DNA of 64,000 nt, taken from contig OZ037770.1 of NCBI GenBank assembly GCA_964035545.1, forward strand, positions 12,824,642 through 12,888,641, written 5' to 3'. The stretch comes from Bugula neritina. Taxonomy: Eukaryota; Animalia; Bryozoa. The translations under genes and the position numbers were made by a program. Shown here in pieces: positions 14,601 through 28,172 of the stretch (positions within the stretch are counted from its first letter, which is position 1; each line of letters opens with the position of its first letter). Under the pieces are notes generated by a model, which saw nothing but the letters and a program-made list of their open reading frames with translations, searched no databases and was not told the DNA's origin.

Positions 14601-15866
14601 ATGGGATGCTGTTTTGGTGAGTGACCCATAGTTAATCTCTGAGTATGTTTCAATATGTTTTTTTAAAAAAGTTATAAAAGTTTAAAGTAATTAAAAGTAC
14701 ACTAACCATTCTGTTACTAAAAATATTGGTAAACATTTCAAGCATCATTCGATGGGAACTAAGGAACATAATTTTGTAGGCGTGTACCATTAGTATTATT
14801 ATTTCATTATGTAATACTATTATCAAATAATTAATTTTTAATTTGATAAAGACTTGGCAAAGTTTGAGGCACAAACTGAAACCTAAGCACAAACAAGATA
14901 AACATTTAATTAATAAACAGTATATTAATTATATAAAAACAAAACCATCACTTCTTACACATTTTATTATATATGCAAATATTTTGTTAGAATATTCATA
15001 TAGATAAGCTGGTTACTAACCAAAAATTGAATGTGTTAACTTAGTTAAGAAATTTTCTATATATTTGAGTTGGGGGTGATTGAGCACACTTTAGCTTGGG
15101 AATTTTTAAGTTTCGAGCTGCTTACAAAAAAATTCTTTTGTTGAAACATGCGAAAACACTTTATAGAGACTGAAGCTATTTGTAGGCAAGTCAGAAAGGC
15201 CACCCGCCTATAACGGTTTGTACCCTGGGCAGGGGACAGGGGTGGCTCCCCCACCTGCTGGTCCCTATGGCTATCCTGCACTACCGCCTCCACCTCCAGG
15301 TTACATGTACGGCCAGAGGCCAATAGATGATGGAACTGAAAACATGCAACTTGCTGCTATTGCAGGTATATATTATCAGTATATATTATATTTTTTCATT
15401 TAGTTATTTTTTCTCACCTATTGTACTCAGCCTATATATTTCTTTATTTATATACTTGTATATTTATTTATATAATATTTGTTTATATGCACACTGAATA
15501 TTGAACTATGTTTTAGCACATATTTTTTTAAACTATTACTGCACAAGTGTGCTTTACACTTTCTATGCTTTAAGCTAGAGGTGTCATCCCGGATAGCCGT
15601 TTCTCAGTTAGACGCTATTTTTTTACGCTTTCTATGCTAAGCTATACACCCTATTATACATTTTATTATGCCACGATGATGGCCAATTTTCTATATGATA
15701 TGAATATTTGCTATCATATTATTTTACTGTCATGATATAAACTGTTTATAAAAACTAATCATTTATAGGAGGAGCATTAGGAATGGCAGTTGGCGGAGGC
15801 AGTTTAATGGGTGGCCAAGAAATACTCGGAGGGTTTGGCCATCTGGGTCCGAGAGTTGGCATATAA
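14601..15866 (+). CDS. 97-aa lipid-anchored Pro/Gly/Tyr-rich protein (MGCC N-terminus, PPxY motifs, C-terminal glycine zipper)
   Basis: Exons 14601-14616 (ATG GGA TGC TGT TTT G|GTGAGT), 15186-15365 and 15769-15866, both introns phase 1. AATAAA at 15912-15917. Confidence 0.75.
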
Positions 15867-16707
15867 CATGAAGCACTTTACAGAAATCTCAATCACTGCA
15901 GGAGTTGTAAAATAAACTGTCAACTGTCACTCATTAGCAGGTGGCAGAAGTGTTTTAAAATTCTTTGTATCAATTGTACGACCTTTTGAACTTTTCTTTT
16001 TTTTGCATACTGACCTTAAAGTAATCGAAGCAAATTAAATTAGAATGGGATTAAGCCAAATTCAAACTCTCATGCTAAGTACTTACAAGAAATTAGAATG
16101 AAAAAATTAGGTAATCCCTGTTAACGTTTCTAATCACACAATACCAGGATAAAACTAATCTATTAATCTAACAAAGTTTTCCCAGCCAAACCCAAATTAA
16201 ATGAATAGATTTGTCGAAAAGCTTAATGAAAAGATGTTGAGCTCTTCTTTATAACTGATATATTTGACCTCACTTAAGCCACAGTACTAGTCAATATAGT
16301 AATTGTTGTCTGCTGTGGAATCTGGTTTATTCTTTAGATAGAACTCAGCTAGTCAAACTGCTCAAACCTAAAGTATAAAGTTCTCCTCTATTCTCTTAAT
16401 AATAAGTAGAATAATAAAAACATGACTAGGTTGCTTAACCTTGACCTCAGAGTCAGGTTATACAAACTATAAAGTAGTTACATAGTAGCCTAAATAAGCA
16501 GAAATATAGTACAAAGTGTGTCAACAATTACTTTAAAGTATTTAGTGAACCATATGAAGTGGAAATTTGAAGTCAATTATACTCTAGGCCAAAGTTATTA
16601 TTTTGTTATGAGAAAAAGATTTAATTTGAAATAAACTTTGATTAAAAACAAAATATAATAGCACATGTGTTGAAGTCGAAATTTCTTGTAATATTCTATC
16701 AAGAAAG

Positions 16708-19700
16708 TTAGTGGCTTTTTTTTCCACCTTTTCCACCTTTCCCACTTTTCGAAGCCTTTTTTATTTTTTTCTTTAGTGTTGGCGCCGTGACTTTTTGTGG
16801 TTTTCTGTCCGTCACGTACATAGAAGATGGCGCCATGTGAAGGGATGGTAGCTTCTTTAAAGAGTTTACATCGTCAACATCATTTATTTCTACATTATCA
16901 GCTTTATCTAGCTGATAATCAAAGTCCCGTTCAGGATCTACATGTATGTTGGGTGCCTTAGCAGGCTGTTCAACAAGAGTACTCTTCTTTGAGGCCATAG
17001 ATTTTTTGCTACCCATTTTTCGAGGTTTTTGCTTCGAGCTTTTGGATCCGGGTGGATCCGTTTTGGACGACGCCCGCTGCTCGGCAACTAATTGGAGCGT
17101 AGCATATTCCACGGGATTCTCGTTCAGCTTTTTGGAATAGTTGTCGGTAGCTTGGTAGACATGCTCTTCTACAAGCGGCTTAGAGGGATCTCCTAAATTA
17201 ACTTTTGAAACTTCAGAATATTCCTTACGATGGTTTTTCTTAGCTTTTGCAGAAACTGGTCGTTCAGCAATGGTTGAAATGGCTGAAATTTGACGTTTTC
17301 CAAAAGACTTGCCTGGTTCAAATGATGAGTTAACCTGTGAAAACATTGATGCTTGAGATCTCTCATTATAGCCTTTTACTAAAGTAACCGCACTTTCAAT
17401 GAGCCGTTTAAGTTTCGCAGTTTTCGCTTTTTGTCTTCTTGATATTTTTCTGCAAAAGAAACACCAGAATTCTTATCATGTTATATAAGCTATGTTTTTA
17501 TCTGCTCATGCGTGTTGCAAACAAAGTAATACTGCAGCAAGTTTAGAATAAAGTAAATACAGTATATTACTATATTATTATATTATACTAATATATTATG
17601 TTATATTACTATATTATTATATTATATTACCATATTTATATATTACTATATTACTATACTCACTTTCTATAAAAGGCTACAGCTACTGCTATGCAGATGA
17701 TACCGATCCCACTCAATGTAAGAAGAGTGGTCAGTCGAGTGGTGACTAAAAATAAAATACCATAATATCAGTTAGAAGTTGCCTTCTCTCTTGGATGCTT
17801 CATGATATACATCTTTAATGTATCATACAATATTATATATACATATCACTATGTTATACATTGCTACAATATGACTAACCTATTATAATCAACATTAAAC
17901 AATTATGGCACTCAATTTGCATATATGACAATTTATGGAACACCACAAGCACAAGCAATGTGATAAATGACCATCATATTTATCTACATTAGTACAAGAT
18001 AATATATACTTTCAAAACAAGAAAAATGATAATTTTTAAAAAGAAATAAATTTATTATTTATTTTAAAATGTGAGATTAAAACAGAGATGATAAAGTTTT
18101 CCAATTCTCACTTGCATATTTTAAATCAAACTAAAAAAAGTAAAACTATACAGCAGTTAAAATATCTCAGCATTTAACAATAACTATCTTGGTTATTATT
18201 TTTTGTTCTGTTTCAAAAATTTTGCAATTTTTCATAGAGTTTGATAAATTTTGAGCACATGTTATAATGAAAACTACTTTATCTATAACAATGGAAACTG
18301 GTCATACTAAAAGCTACTTACAGTGGAAAATGAAGTATTCCCTTTTAAAAATACTCTTGGATCTTTTTTTTGAGGCTTCAGAGTACGTCCAGACTTCAAA
18401 TGTGTAGGTGACTTTACTCTGGAGATCTTTCCACTCATACTCGCCTTTATCAATTGGCAAATACTACAGTGAGTAAAAATTTCAGTTTAGTTTTAAATAC
18501 AGTAAACAGCCACTGTTGATATCACAAAGAAAATTATTTTTTAGAAAAACAATTACCTACAAGAGAGATTAGATTAATCTTGAAAACACAGTATGTGAGA
18601 TTAAAAATTAGGAAAATACATTTTTGACTAGATTATAAAGTAAGTATAGGTGCTATTTTCTCACAGTTATAGCGTGCTTATGCAAATATAAATTAATAGG
18701 AGATAATAATTATAATGTTGTAGAAAATGCGGGCATTTTTATGTCTGCTGTTAATTAAACAACTATAAAACCTTTAATCACATATAGTGATTATAGTTTT
18801 AATATTCAGTGTTATTATAAAAATATACTACATTATTAAGTTATGTTGTTTATGGTATATACTGTATTGCATCGTATTACATAACTTACAAGTTTTTTGA
18901 CCTCAGTAATCACAACAGAGTTTTGGCCAAATTTGAAACAAAATAGCGTACAACAACTTTTAGAGGACTTTTATTCAAGTGGAATAAACTATTTGATCAA
19001 AATGGTCCAATAATATTTTTACACAAAAACATAAACAATAGGCCAGCAAGGGATAAACTGTTACATAAATAACAGTTGTTATTAAACATCACCCATGGTG
19101 TGAAATAGTTAGAGTTTCAACACGGGCCATTGGTGATGTTAGGAATTGCATTCAGTGATCACAGTATCCTTTTTGTCATAAAACCATTTTCATCAGTGAC
19201 TCACACAAGGATAACGACTATATAAACACATGTGAGTTTCTACAATTATGACGCATGAAACTGACCGTTAAACATCCCTCATAGTCATTGCAAGTGGTCA
19301 CCAAATAATCAAACTGATTGACTACTGCCGAGTATAATGTCCAGCTCATTATAACCCTTCCTCCATCGACCCTGAAATTCAACTCCTTTGGTGGAAGTGG
19401 CTCTAAGAAAATATAAAACTCCGCTTTTATCAGCAATGGTTTTATCATTTAGGCTAAGGCTTCTATGTATGTATGTGTGTGTGTTACAAGCAATAAAACA
19501 TTCATGCGCTTTATTTTTATAAAATATATTTCTTAGTTTTTAATATGCAATTTGTGAAACCTTAGCAAGAGTACTAGCTATCAAATAGAAAAACATGCCT
19601 TAAAATTTTCTGCACAAATTCAATTTAAATTAAAGAAAATAAGCGCCAAAAATATATGCGCAAGATTATGTTAGATTAGATAACTCCAAACTTGGTAATG

Positions 19701-22700
19701 CGTTCTTTTAACAAGGTCAAATAACTCCTAACTTAGTTGAAAAATATGATATTTTGAGAGAATTATCAACCCATACAACTGCATATCATTCGTCTGCATA
19801 ATTAATGGCAGTATACTAAAAATAATTTCATCGTTTCGTAATTATTAAATTATGATTGGTGGGAGCATTTTTCATTATTCTAGATTTTAATGAAAATTTG
19901 TACTTATAGATAAATTGCAGTAAAAATTTTATTAATTACATGACTGCATCTATAAAATAGTTACTTTTTTCATTTAGCTAGTTTTCTTTGTTTTGTCTAT
20001 TTATTTTTAAACTTTTGTTAAAAAAACACTGCTATATAATTTTTCAGATACTATAAAACATAAATATATAATCCAACAGTTTATTTTAAAATTACCAACA
20101 GTTTTGCAGATCAATCAGTTTTTTTCTTCAGAGAATTATATATTTCTTCACATGCAGCACTTATTTTTTGATTTATAAACGTAATAATCATGCATTGCAT
20201 ACTTACAAATAAGGAGCAGCTGTGATTTATGGGTTAGAGCATTTGCCTATAGTAAACACAAAGTCATGAGATACAAAGTCATGAGTTCAAACTTAGACAA
20301 AAGCCATTGGGGGTGTTAGGAAGAGCATCCATGCAGTCACAATTGCTCCTGTGCCTTATCTTAATAAGTCCTTAACCCACTTTATAAAAAGCGCCCTCCG
20401 TGAGTTTTATTGCAAAATTAAAAATATTTTATTAGACATACCGATGTCAAATCTCTGAGGATCACCAAACTCTCCAAGAAGAACAAAGTCTTCGGACGAG
20501 TTCAAGTTTGAGGTGCTAGACATCCTTGCCCTCAGCATGTATGGTCGGCCAAACGGGATTTTACTTGTCTGAAAACAAAATGAGAAATTTTGAATTTAGA
20601 GCTTAGAAAGAGAGAGTTTTAAGATTTAACAGGTTTAGTTTTAGGGAGCAATATTGAAGAAAGCTTGCAGGTTGGTTTTTAAAATTATTAAGCAACCAAT
20701 TATTTTTTACAGTAAATTTAATAAAAGATAAGGAATATACTTCACTCATTTAATTAAAGCTTTTATATTTATTTTAATTACAATGAAAACCAAATTTTTA
20801 CCATTTCTCAACAACAATTTAAAGATTAGAGTCCTGTCAAATTACATTGTAAGCTTAAGTTCACAGGCAACTTTGCTAATTTCTAAAGAATTTGTTTGCA
20901 GCTACTGGTTTACCCGGATATGTTGGCCTCCAGACACCTGATCAGACCTGCCAGTGATTGCATCTGTAAACTGCAAGCTTATCTCGTCAAAATAACTCTG
21001 AGTCACATCAAGTTTCACCTCTAAGAATGGGACATCAGTCCTACCAATTACTGCGACTGCACTTTCAATTGGTGGCGGCAAAGGTTTTACTGTAAAGACA
21101 TGTTGCATAAATGTTATTTAAACGCAAAGTCGCAGTAGATAATATGAATAATATATCAAATATAAAAAAATTCAGAAATGTAGAAAATATTTAGCTTTAT
21201 CATAATGCTTTTTTTGTAAAAAATCAGCACAGCAAAATGTATTCCTGTATATAGATCGAGTCATATACAAAATTATAGGTGCAACTTTGGTTGTAATTGA
21301 CAATGTTTTGTTTTCAATATTGCATTTATAATGTTTATCAGATGTTAATAAAGATTGACAGCAGCAATGCTGAGAAATCCAAAAGGGCACTGCTTTGCAC
21401 TGTCATGTATGAAATGTAGTGTAGATAAGTAACAGAAAACTGGTGCTTTATCCAGCTTTTATATTTCAGCTGTTGTAGAATACAGCCTATAAAAACTAAG
21501 CACACTTAATTTTATGAGATCAAATAAATTTGATTAAACATAGTAAATAATATAATTATACTATAACATATTACGTGATGTTTAATATAATATACTATAT
21601 AAGGTATAATATACTGCATACAATTTATAATATATACATACTATATCAAATCCAATATTATACCAAACATATTATATAATGGGGACAAAACAATCTGATT
21701 ATCTACACTATCATGTAATATGTATGACATAGAACATATCATAATATAGTATTATAATATATAATATTATATTATCATATATCATATAATATATAATATA
21801 TTGTGTATAATGCATATTTCAAAAGAGTCAAGCTGGTAATTGTTTCCCCCTCCTACAAACAACAGTAGACCTTGACCTGTAACGAAATAGTTCTGTTGTT
21901 GATCAGTCGCCAGATGTCTGACAGCACACTGTAGTATGTCTCCAGGAACTATGTTTACATCTGACTCAGAAAACCGTCTGGTAATACTGGCTAAAACCAT
22001 GAGAATCACAAGCTATGTATCAATATGAATTCTTTAACATGGCAACATCAACATTCTTTGACCCTTTTCTAAATCATAACATAAGCTTTAAACCAACATG
22101 GCAATTTTATTTTGAAAAAATTATTTTTCAGCTTATAAAATATGCAAATTTATGTCTAAACGTGAACATAATTTAAATTTATACACGTGTTTTAATGCAC
22201 TTTCACCTTTTACATGGTAAAGTTCATTTTATTGATGCATGGACATAATCATCTTAAAATCAAAGAACTTTAAAGAGATTAAAATATTGGCTCCGAGTTT
22301 TTTCAAATTAGTGTCCATTTTGTATAATTGGTTACAATGTGACTGCCACCTAATACTATCCATGCTAAACGCAAGTACTATTTTCAGTAATATAATTACT
22401 ATAAATACAAAGATAACTTTGCTGAATGGCATTACCTTGAATAAAGAGGAATTTTAAGCAAACTTTAAAGTAAATTACGCTACTATAATAAAAGATTATT
22501 AGGAAAAATACTTACAATGCTCATAGACATTAATCTCCATGATCTCCAAGGTTTGAGTGGCTTCAATGCATAAACTCAGGTACTTTGTAGAGACTGGGAT
22601 GTTAAATGTCTTAGACAGAGACTCTGTGTTTAACTGCTTTAGAAACCTGCCGTCCCAATCAGACGTTGTATCGCTATCAGCGCATGGCGCCACGAAATTA

Positions 22701-25700
22701 GATTTTGCTCTAGTTTGAACTGTCACAGTAGGCAAACTAAAACCTGAAGAAATAAAACAATAGTGATGTACCATACTGTAAGAAGCATAGTGCAAGTTTA
22801 TATTGATGGGAAGCATTAGAGCTTTTAACAACCTTTATTAGAATTGGATAAATTCTTAGATTTCTTTGTTAAAAATTTACTACAATAAAATATTTTTTAA
22901 ATGAAAGCCTAGTCTATTATTAAAGTTCTATAGTAAGCTTTAGTTAAAGTTCCAGCTAGGAATAATCATATGGCTTAGAGTAAGCTAACTTAAATTAAGT
23001 TTAAATTAGACATGATGTGAATTAAAAGTTGAATATTTATCAGTTTTATTAAGGGAACAACTGCTGTATATAAATTGGCATGAAAAAATAAGCTCCATGC
23101 AAACAGTGGCTAAATGCTACTAGTAGAAACTAAGTCTACAAAACCCAGTAGGAGTTAGGGCTATATAAATTCATAAAACAGTAGTGCAGAAATCCTTCGA
23201 AGAGGACCTACTTCTAATGAGTGTTGTGCCCAAAGGCGAAAAATGATATCAGCTTATTTTAAAAAAAAATTAGGTAATGATTTTTCTTTAAATTGTTACT
23301 TGTATAGTTACAATAATATATTTTGGTCAGCATTATTTTAAAGGTAACGTATGTCTACAAAGTTACATCTTGCAAGTTATCCAATCAGCCCTAATTGAAC
23401 AACTTGATCAGACAACTCTCACGGCTACTAAAAAGGAAATAAATCTCCCATACAACTGACCTCTGGGATACACAAAGATTTCAGAGATGGAAAGCTGAGC
23501 GACATCACGAGTGTATATGGCTATGTATCTGGCCAGGGTTTCAGTTTCTCGATTAGCCAGATTAACCGAGAGTCGTTGTCCCACGTAACCATCAAACACG
23601 ATGTCCCACTGAGTTAGATCACTAAGAAACTTTCCAACATATCCGAGAGCCAGAGGAGTAACAGCAATTCCTATCAAACTATTTTTCTCGCCTATAAAGG
23701 TGACGCCACTGAATATGTATACTGAACACGATATAACATGAAATAGCAACTGTTAAAATGTTTTGTCAGCACGCAGAGCCTATATAGTCTTCTAAAGTCA
23801 ACTTACTAATTGAGAAGCAGAGAAAATAACTTCTACTATTTAACTCGCTGAAACAATTTACTCAGAATATATGTTTAGTTTGACTGAATATTTGACAAAC
23901 ATATAATAAAGTGCTTTTGTTGATAAGCGTTGTTCTGTTTTTGATAATATAATTCAACAACAGCAGCACTGGCAGCAGTAGCAGCAAAGTGCTAGAATTT
24001 CTCTTCTAAACAAGCACCTTTAAAGTAATGAAAATACTACAGCTTTTAGAATAAAATATTATATAGAGCAGAAGGAATGATAATCTCTTATAGAAGTAAA
24101 GTGATAGTTTTATAGTATCTTAGTGACTGAGCATCAGTGGTGCAGTGGTCAGAGAGCACTGATCCAGCACATATGAGGTCGGTGGTTCAAGTCCAAGTGC
24201 ATGCAATAATATTTTACTTATGTGTCACATGCAAACAAGTCCTGGGCATGCTTTAAAAACTCCTTTTGCATAGATAACAAATACAAATTCATTCGAAATT
24301 ATTGATGCCGTGAAGAAGCTATAGTGTGAGAGTGTTGAATAGCACACAAAGGAAGATATTGCTCAAACATTGAGTGAAGTAAGACGATTCTGAAAAGCTC
24401 AGAAAGACAAAGAACTATAACTCACCGCAGTTGGGGTTGCAGCCTGCAGCCAACCCACAGCATCCCTCATATTTACGGTGCAGTATTATTTTACCGAGGC
24501 TATACTCCTGCACAAGATACAGCATAAAGTATTTCAGCCCTTCATTGTCTGTCTCGGCGTATTCAAAAATGTTGTCAAACACATTTCCGTCGTAGGCTTT
24601 CTTTTTGTTGTAAATGTCTAACGGATGTGATCTGGTGCTACTAGACCAGGCTGAGATTGTATATGCAAGACTTTTTCTTTCTAAAAAAAAATTAATATGT
24701 TAATGAAACTAGTTTAATTTATTAAAAATAATTGAATAAAAAAATCTTTGGTTTACCACTTTATTTATTTAAATTATGAAGACAGTTGACTTATATTTTG
24801 TTGTAAATTTAGTTTAATTTAGATTTTATAACTGATGCACAATAATTAGTGTTTAAACAATATAAATAAACTATTCATTGAAATTTTTATTATTGTTTAG
24901 ACTTCTTGGACTTTCGAAACTTTTTAGTAATTGGGTGCATCACGCTTCATATCGCAAGAAAGTTATACTTTCATGGCTATATGTGAGCTGTAGCCTCTGG
25001 TTCAAAAGGAACTGACTAACTTTATTTATACTCACTTATAGACTCGGGGCTAACTCTGAATCTAAAGTTTTTTACTCTACGGATACTTCCAAAGTCAGCG
25101 GCCAACCAGCTACTGACTTTCTCACCAACATTCACTGGGATTACGGCAAAGAAATCAGTTTGTAAGTAATGTTCTTTATCGAGAGCATATAACCACCTAT
25201 CCCGACTAATGTCAGCTGTAGAAATATAATAATAGATCACAATGTTTAAACAAGGAGCTTTGTATATGTAGTGTTGAGTTTACCCAGTGACCCCTGTAGC
25301 GTAATTAGTTAGAGCAATTGCTTGCAAGCCGGAGGACTGTGGTTCGAATCCCAGTGAGGGCATTTATTTTTTTCAAGTTATTTCGGCCTTTAGGGGAGTG
25401 TAGTAGTAGTAGTAGTACTCCGAGGGAGTTGAGAGACCAGGGGGCCCTGAAAACTGAAGGAGTAGTAGATAGACCAGTGGAGTTCAGAAAGCTGGGTGGG
25501 ATGTACTAATCAGTTTACCTAGTGGCCCCTGTAGTGTAATGGTTGGCGCACTTGCTTGCAAGCCAGAGGTCTCGGGTTTGAATCCCAGTGGAGGCAATTA
25601 TTTTTCAGTATAATAAAAACTCAAGCAAGAAATGCTAGCTATGATTATTCAATTCTTTCTAAATTTATGTTCTACAATACATTCATATTATTATAAAGTA

Positions 25701-28172
25701 GTCATAATCTAGTGGCCTGCGGTAGAGAGAAGTTCATGGGATCAACTTTCAGTCAAGGTCATTGATAATTTTAAAACAGCATTCAGTCATACTTGGTCCT
25801 TTGCCACATTAGAAAACAAGTCCTTAGTCAGCTTTAAATATTTCTTTTTTAAAAAGGGTTTTCACAGGAATGAAGACTTTTAATTAAAACAGTTGGAGTT
25901 CAAATTATCTATTTAAAAACTAATGTTGAGTTGGCAAAAGAACAGAGGTGTTACCGTCTAAACCATTTATTATTGGGAATCGTTTTTCTTGCTGTGTGTT
26001 TTCATTCACACAGTTTATTTCCATTGCAGAGTATTTTGTATGTAGTTTACGGTTGAAAGTAACCTGTAAGTCTCCATTACGTTCTTTAGAGATCAAAACA
26101 TTCTCGAATGGTGGAAGTTCTACAGAAGAAATGGTGAAGATTTTTTTATTATTAGATATAATATAATATATTTGTGTCTAACGCAATTAAAAGTGCAACA
26201 TATAATACAATTATATGTTATTGTTTATTATTTATTGTTTATTATTTATTATGTATTTTTTATTCTTTGATGCACTATTAATACTATTTTTATAAATGAA
26301 TTGTGCAAAAAATCGATTTAAACAGTAAATTTACACACTTTTCACACCTATACAGTCGTAGTCCTGTACGGGTGATCCTAAATTTACATTATATTTAAAT
26401 TAGAAAAATAAAAAATAAGTATAAAGTTTGGAGCTGTGCCCCTCTAACTATAGTAAGACATGGAAAACTTGCCCAGTTTTTTTATCATAATCTCAGGAGT
26501 AGTGGTTCTCCCGTAATCAGACCATTTGATGATTTCAATCTTATATTCCGTGCCAGACAATAACGGGCCTATTGTTTGCTACAAATTTAGGCAGACAACT
26601 CTTGTAACTCATATGAATATCAGCACAAATCAAGAGAACTTGCTCTTATTCAAAGTTCTGAAAACTTATAAGAAGAGAAGTTATTAAGTGGCACAGCTAG
26701 ACCATCGTAGCAACATGACATTCACTGAGACACAGGAGCAATTATGATTGGTTGCTCTTCCTGAAATGTATCTAGAAGTTGACCTGTGACTTCTGCTACA
26801 CTATAGCGACTAGACCATTCAATTGTTAGGCAATAGCTGTTCCATAGTATAGGTTCAAAAAGTTAATCATTAAAAATGCAAATCTATTTTCAGTTTCTCT
26901 ATATTTGGTAAATAAACTTCTAATGAAGTTACTTCAAATATTTAGCTCAAATTGATATAAAAAATTGCCATTATTTTTTTTCTTTTATTTAGTCAACTAC
27001 AATATTTAGTAGTAGCATTTGTGTAGAACAGAGACATCTGTATGCATGTTTAAATTTTTAATTATAAGTAACTTTTTAAAAAAGCTTATATTTAGAATGA
27101 AATAGGAGAAATAAATTGTAGGAGCTACATTTAGTATATTTATTATCATGTACTGACTTGCAAGCGTTGTTAATGATAGATTCAGTCAATTGATGGCATT
27201 AAAAGAAAACATATGGAAAGAGCATGAATTTTACAAGAAAAGGGTGAATTGTTTATTTCTTCCCACACAGTTTTTGTGTTGAGTTTTGTTAAAAATTTAG
27301 AGCATATTGCTATTAAGTTTGTCGAAGATTTACAACTCACTTTTAAAAAACAATAGTCGAAGAATATGCTATAATTACAATTATTTATTTAATTATACTT
27401 ATTATTCCTGGAAATATGCTTATTATGCTTTTAGATTACAATATGCATAATTGAAACCTGCATATTCTGCCCCACAAAAGCAAAATATTTATATATAGGA
27501 AATAACTTTACCTCAAACTTCTGATATGCCGGCAGCCTCTTACTGAATGAAATGTAGCCTGTAGCAAGGTCTGTGAGCACCAAGTCTATGTGCACAAACC
27601 TCTCACCACCATACAGAAACTCTCCTCTTGGCGATTCCCTATCTTGAACCTGACCCTCTACATGGATGTGAGTTCTGCCCATTATGTCAGCTGACCATAA
27701 ATATTGAGGAAACGCCCTGCATGCAGATTCAATAAGTTTTGTATAGGCCTATTACAAAAAGAAACTCAAAATAGTTTATATAGTACCTATCCCTGTAAGA
27801 AAACTCTGATAGAAAAAGGTTTTTTTAAATCAGGCTAAGGGCTTACAGCTGATATGTGGCACAGGAGGAATTATAACTAGACTTGATGCTCTTTCAAACG
27901 TTACTAATGGCATTTACTGGGGTTCATACCCATAGATTTGTGTTTACTAAGCAAACGTTCTAACTGCTAGACTACAGCTGCTATATTACAAGACACCAAC
28001 TGGAATTGGTTTACTTCATTATACCTATATAGCAGGCTATGAATTTCTAACATCAATCACTGCAGTAATAAGATAGTAAAAGGAAAATCCCACGTTGCAT
28101 TCTATGTGCATGCAAAACTTACCCAATGTATTCAGCTAAACACATGAAATGCAAAATAGTTGTGGTCTTCAT
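16708..28172 (-). CDS. Single-pass type I membrane receptor A (~979 aa): FN3 and F-type-lectin-like (FTP/F5-8C) domains, TM, long Tyr-motif tail
   Basis: 15 exons: 28172-28123 (signal peptide), 27716-27512, 26578-26473, 26119-25955, 25215-25036, 24680-24426, 23691-23461, 22743-22516, 21990-21877, 21089-20914, 20568-20442, 19402-19266, 18463-18322, 17745-17664 (TM: LLTLSGIGIICIAVAVAFY), 17449-16708. All phases are consistent and match paralogue B exon for exon. A few boundaries (23691, 20914) have nearby alternatives. Confidence 0.8.
20213..20400 (+). mobile_element. tRNA-derived SINE, family 2
   Basis: GGAGCAGCTGTG head, family-2 body and a short internal duplication (ACAAAGTCATGAG x2). Confidence 0.6.
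24131..24205 (+). pseudogene. tRNA-like relic or SINE head
   Basis: A box (TGGTGCAGTGG) and B box (GGTTCAAGTCC) with GCAT...ATGC ends; the anticodon arm does not pair. Confidence 0.45.
25268..25597 (+). mobile_element. Dimeric tRNA-derived repeat, family 1
   Basis: Two tRNA-like units (about 25288-25362 and 25523-25597), each with an A box, CTTGCAAG and GGTT(C/T)GAATCCC, separated by a GTA-rich spacer. Confidence 0.65.
27775..27982 (-). mobile_element. tRNA-derived SINE, family 2
   Basis: Reverse-complement match to the family-2 copies over about 200 bp. Confidence 0.6.
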
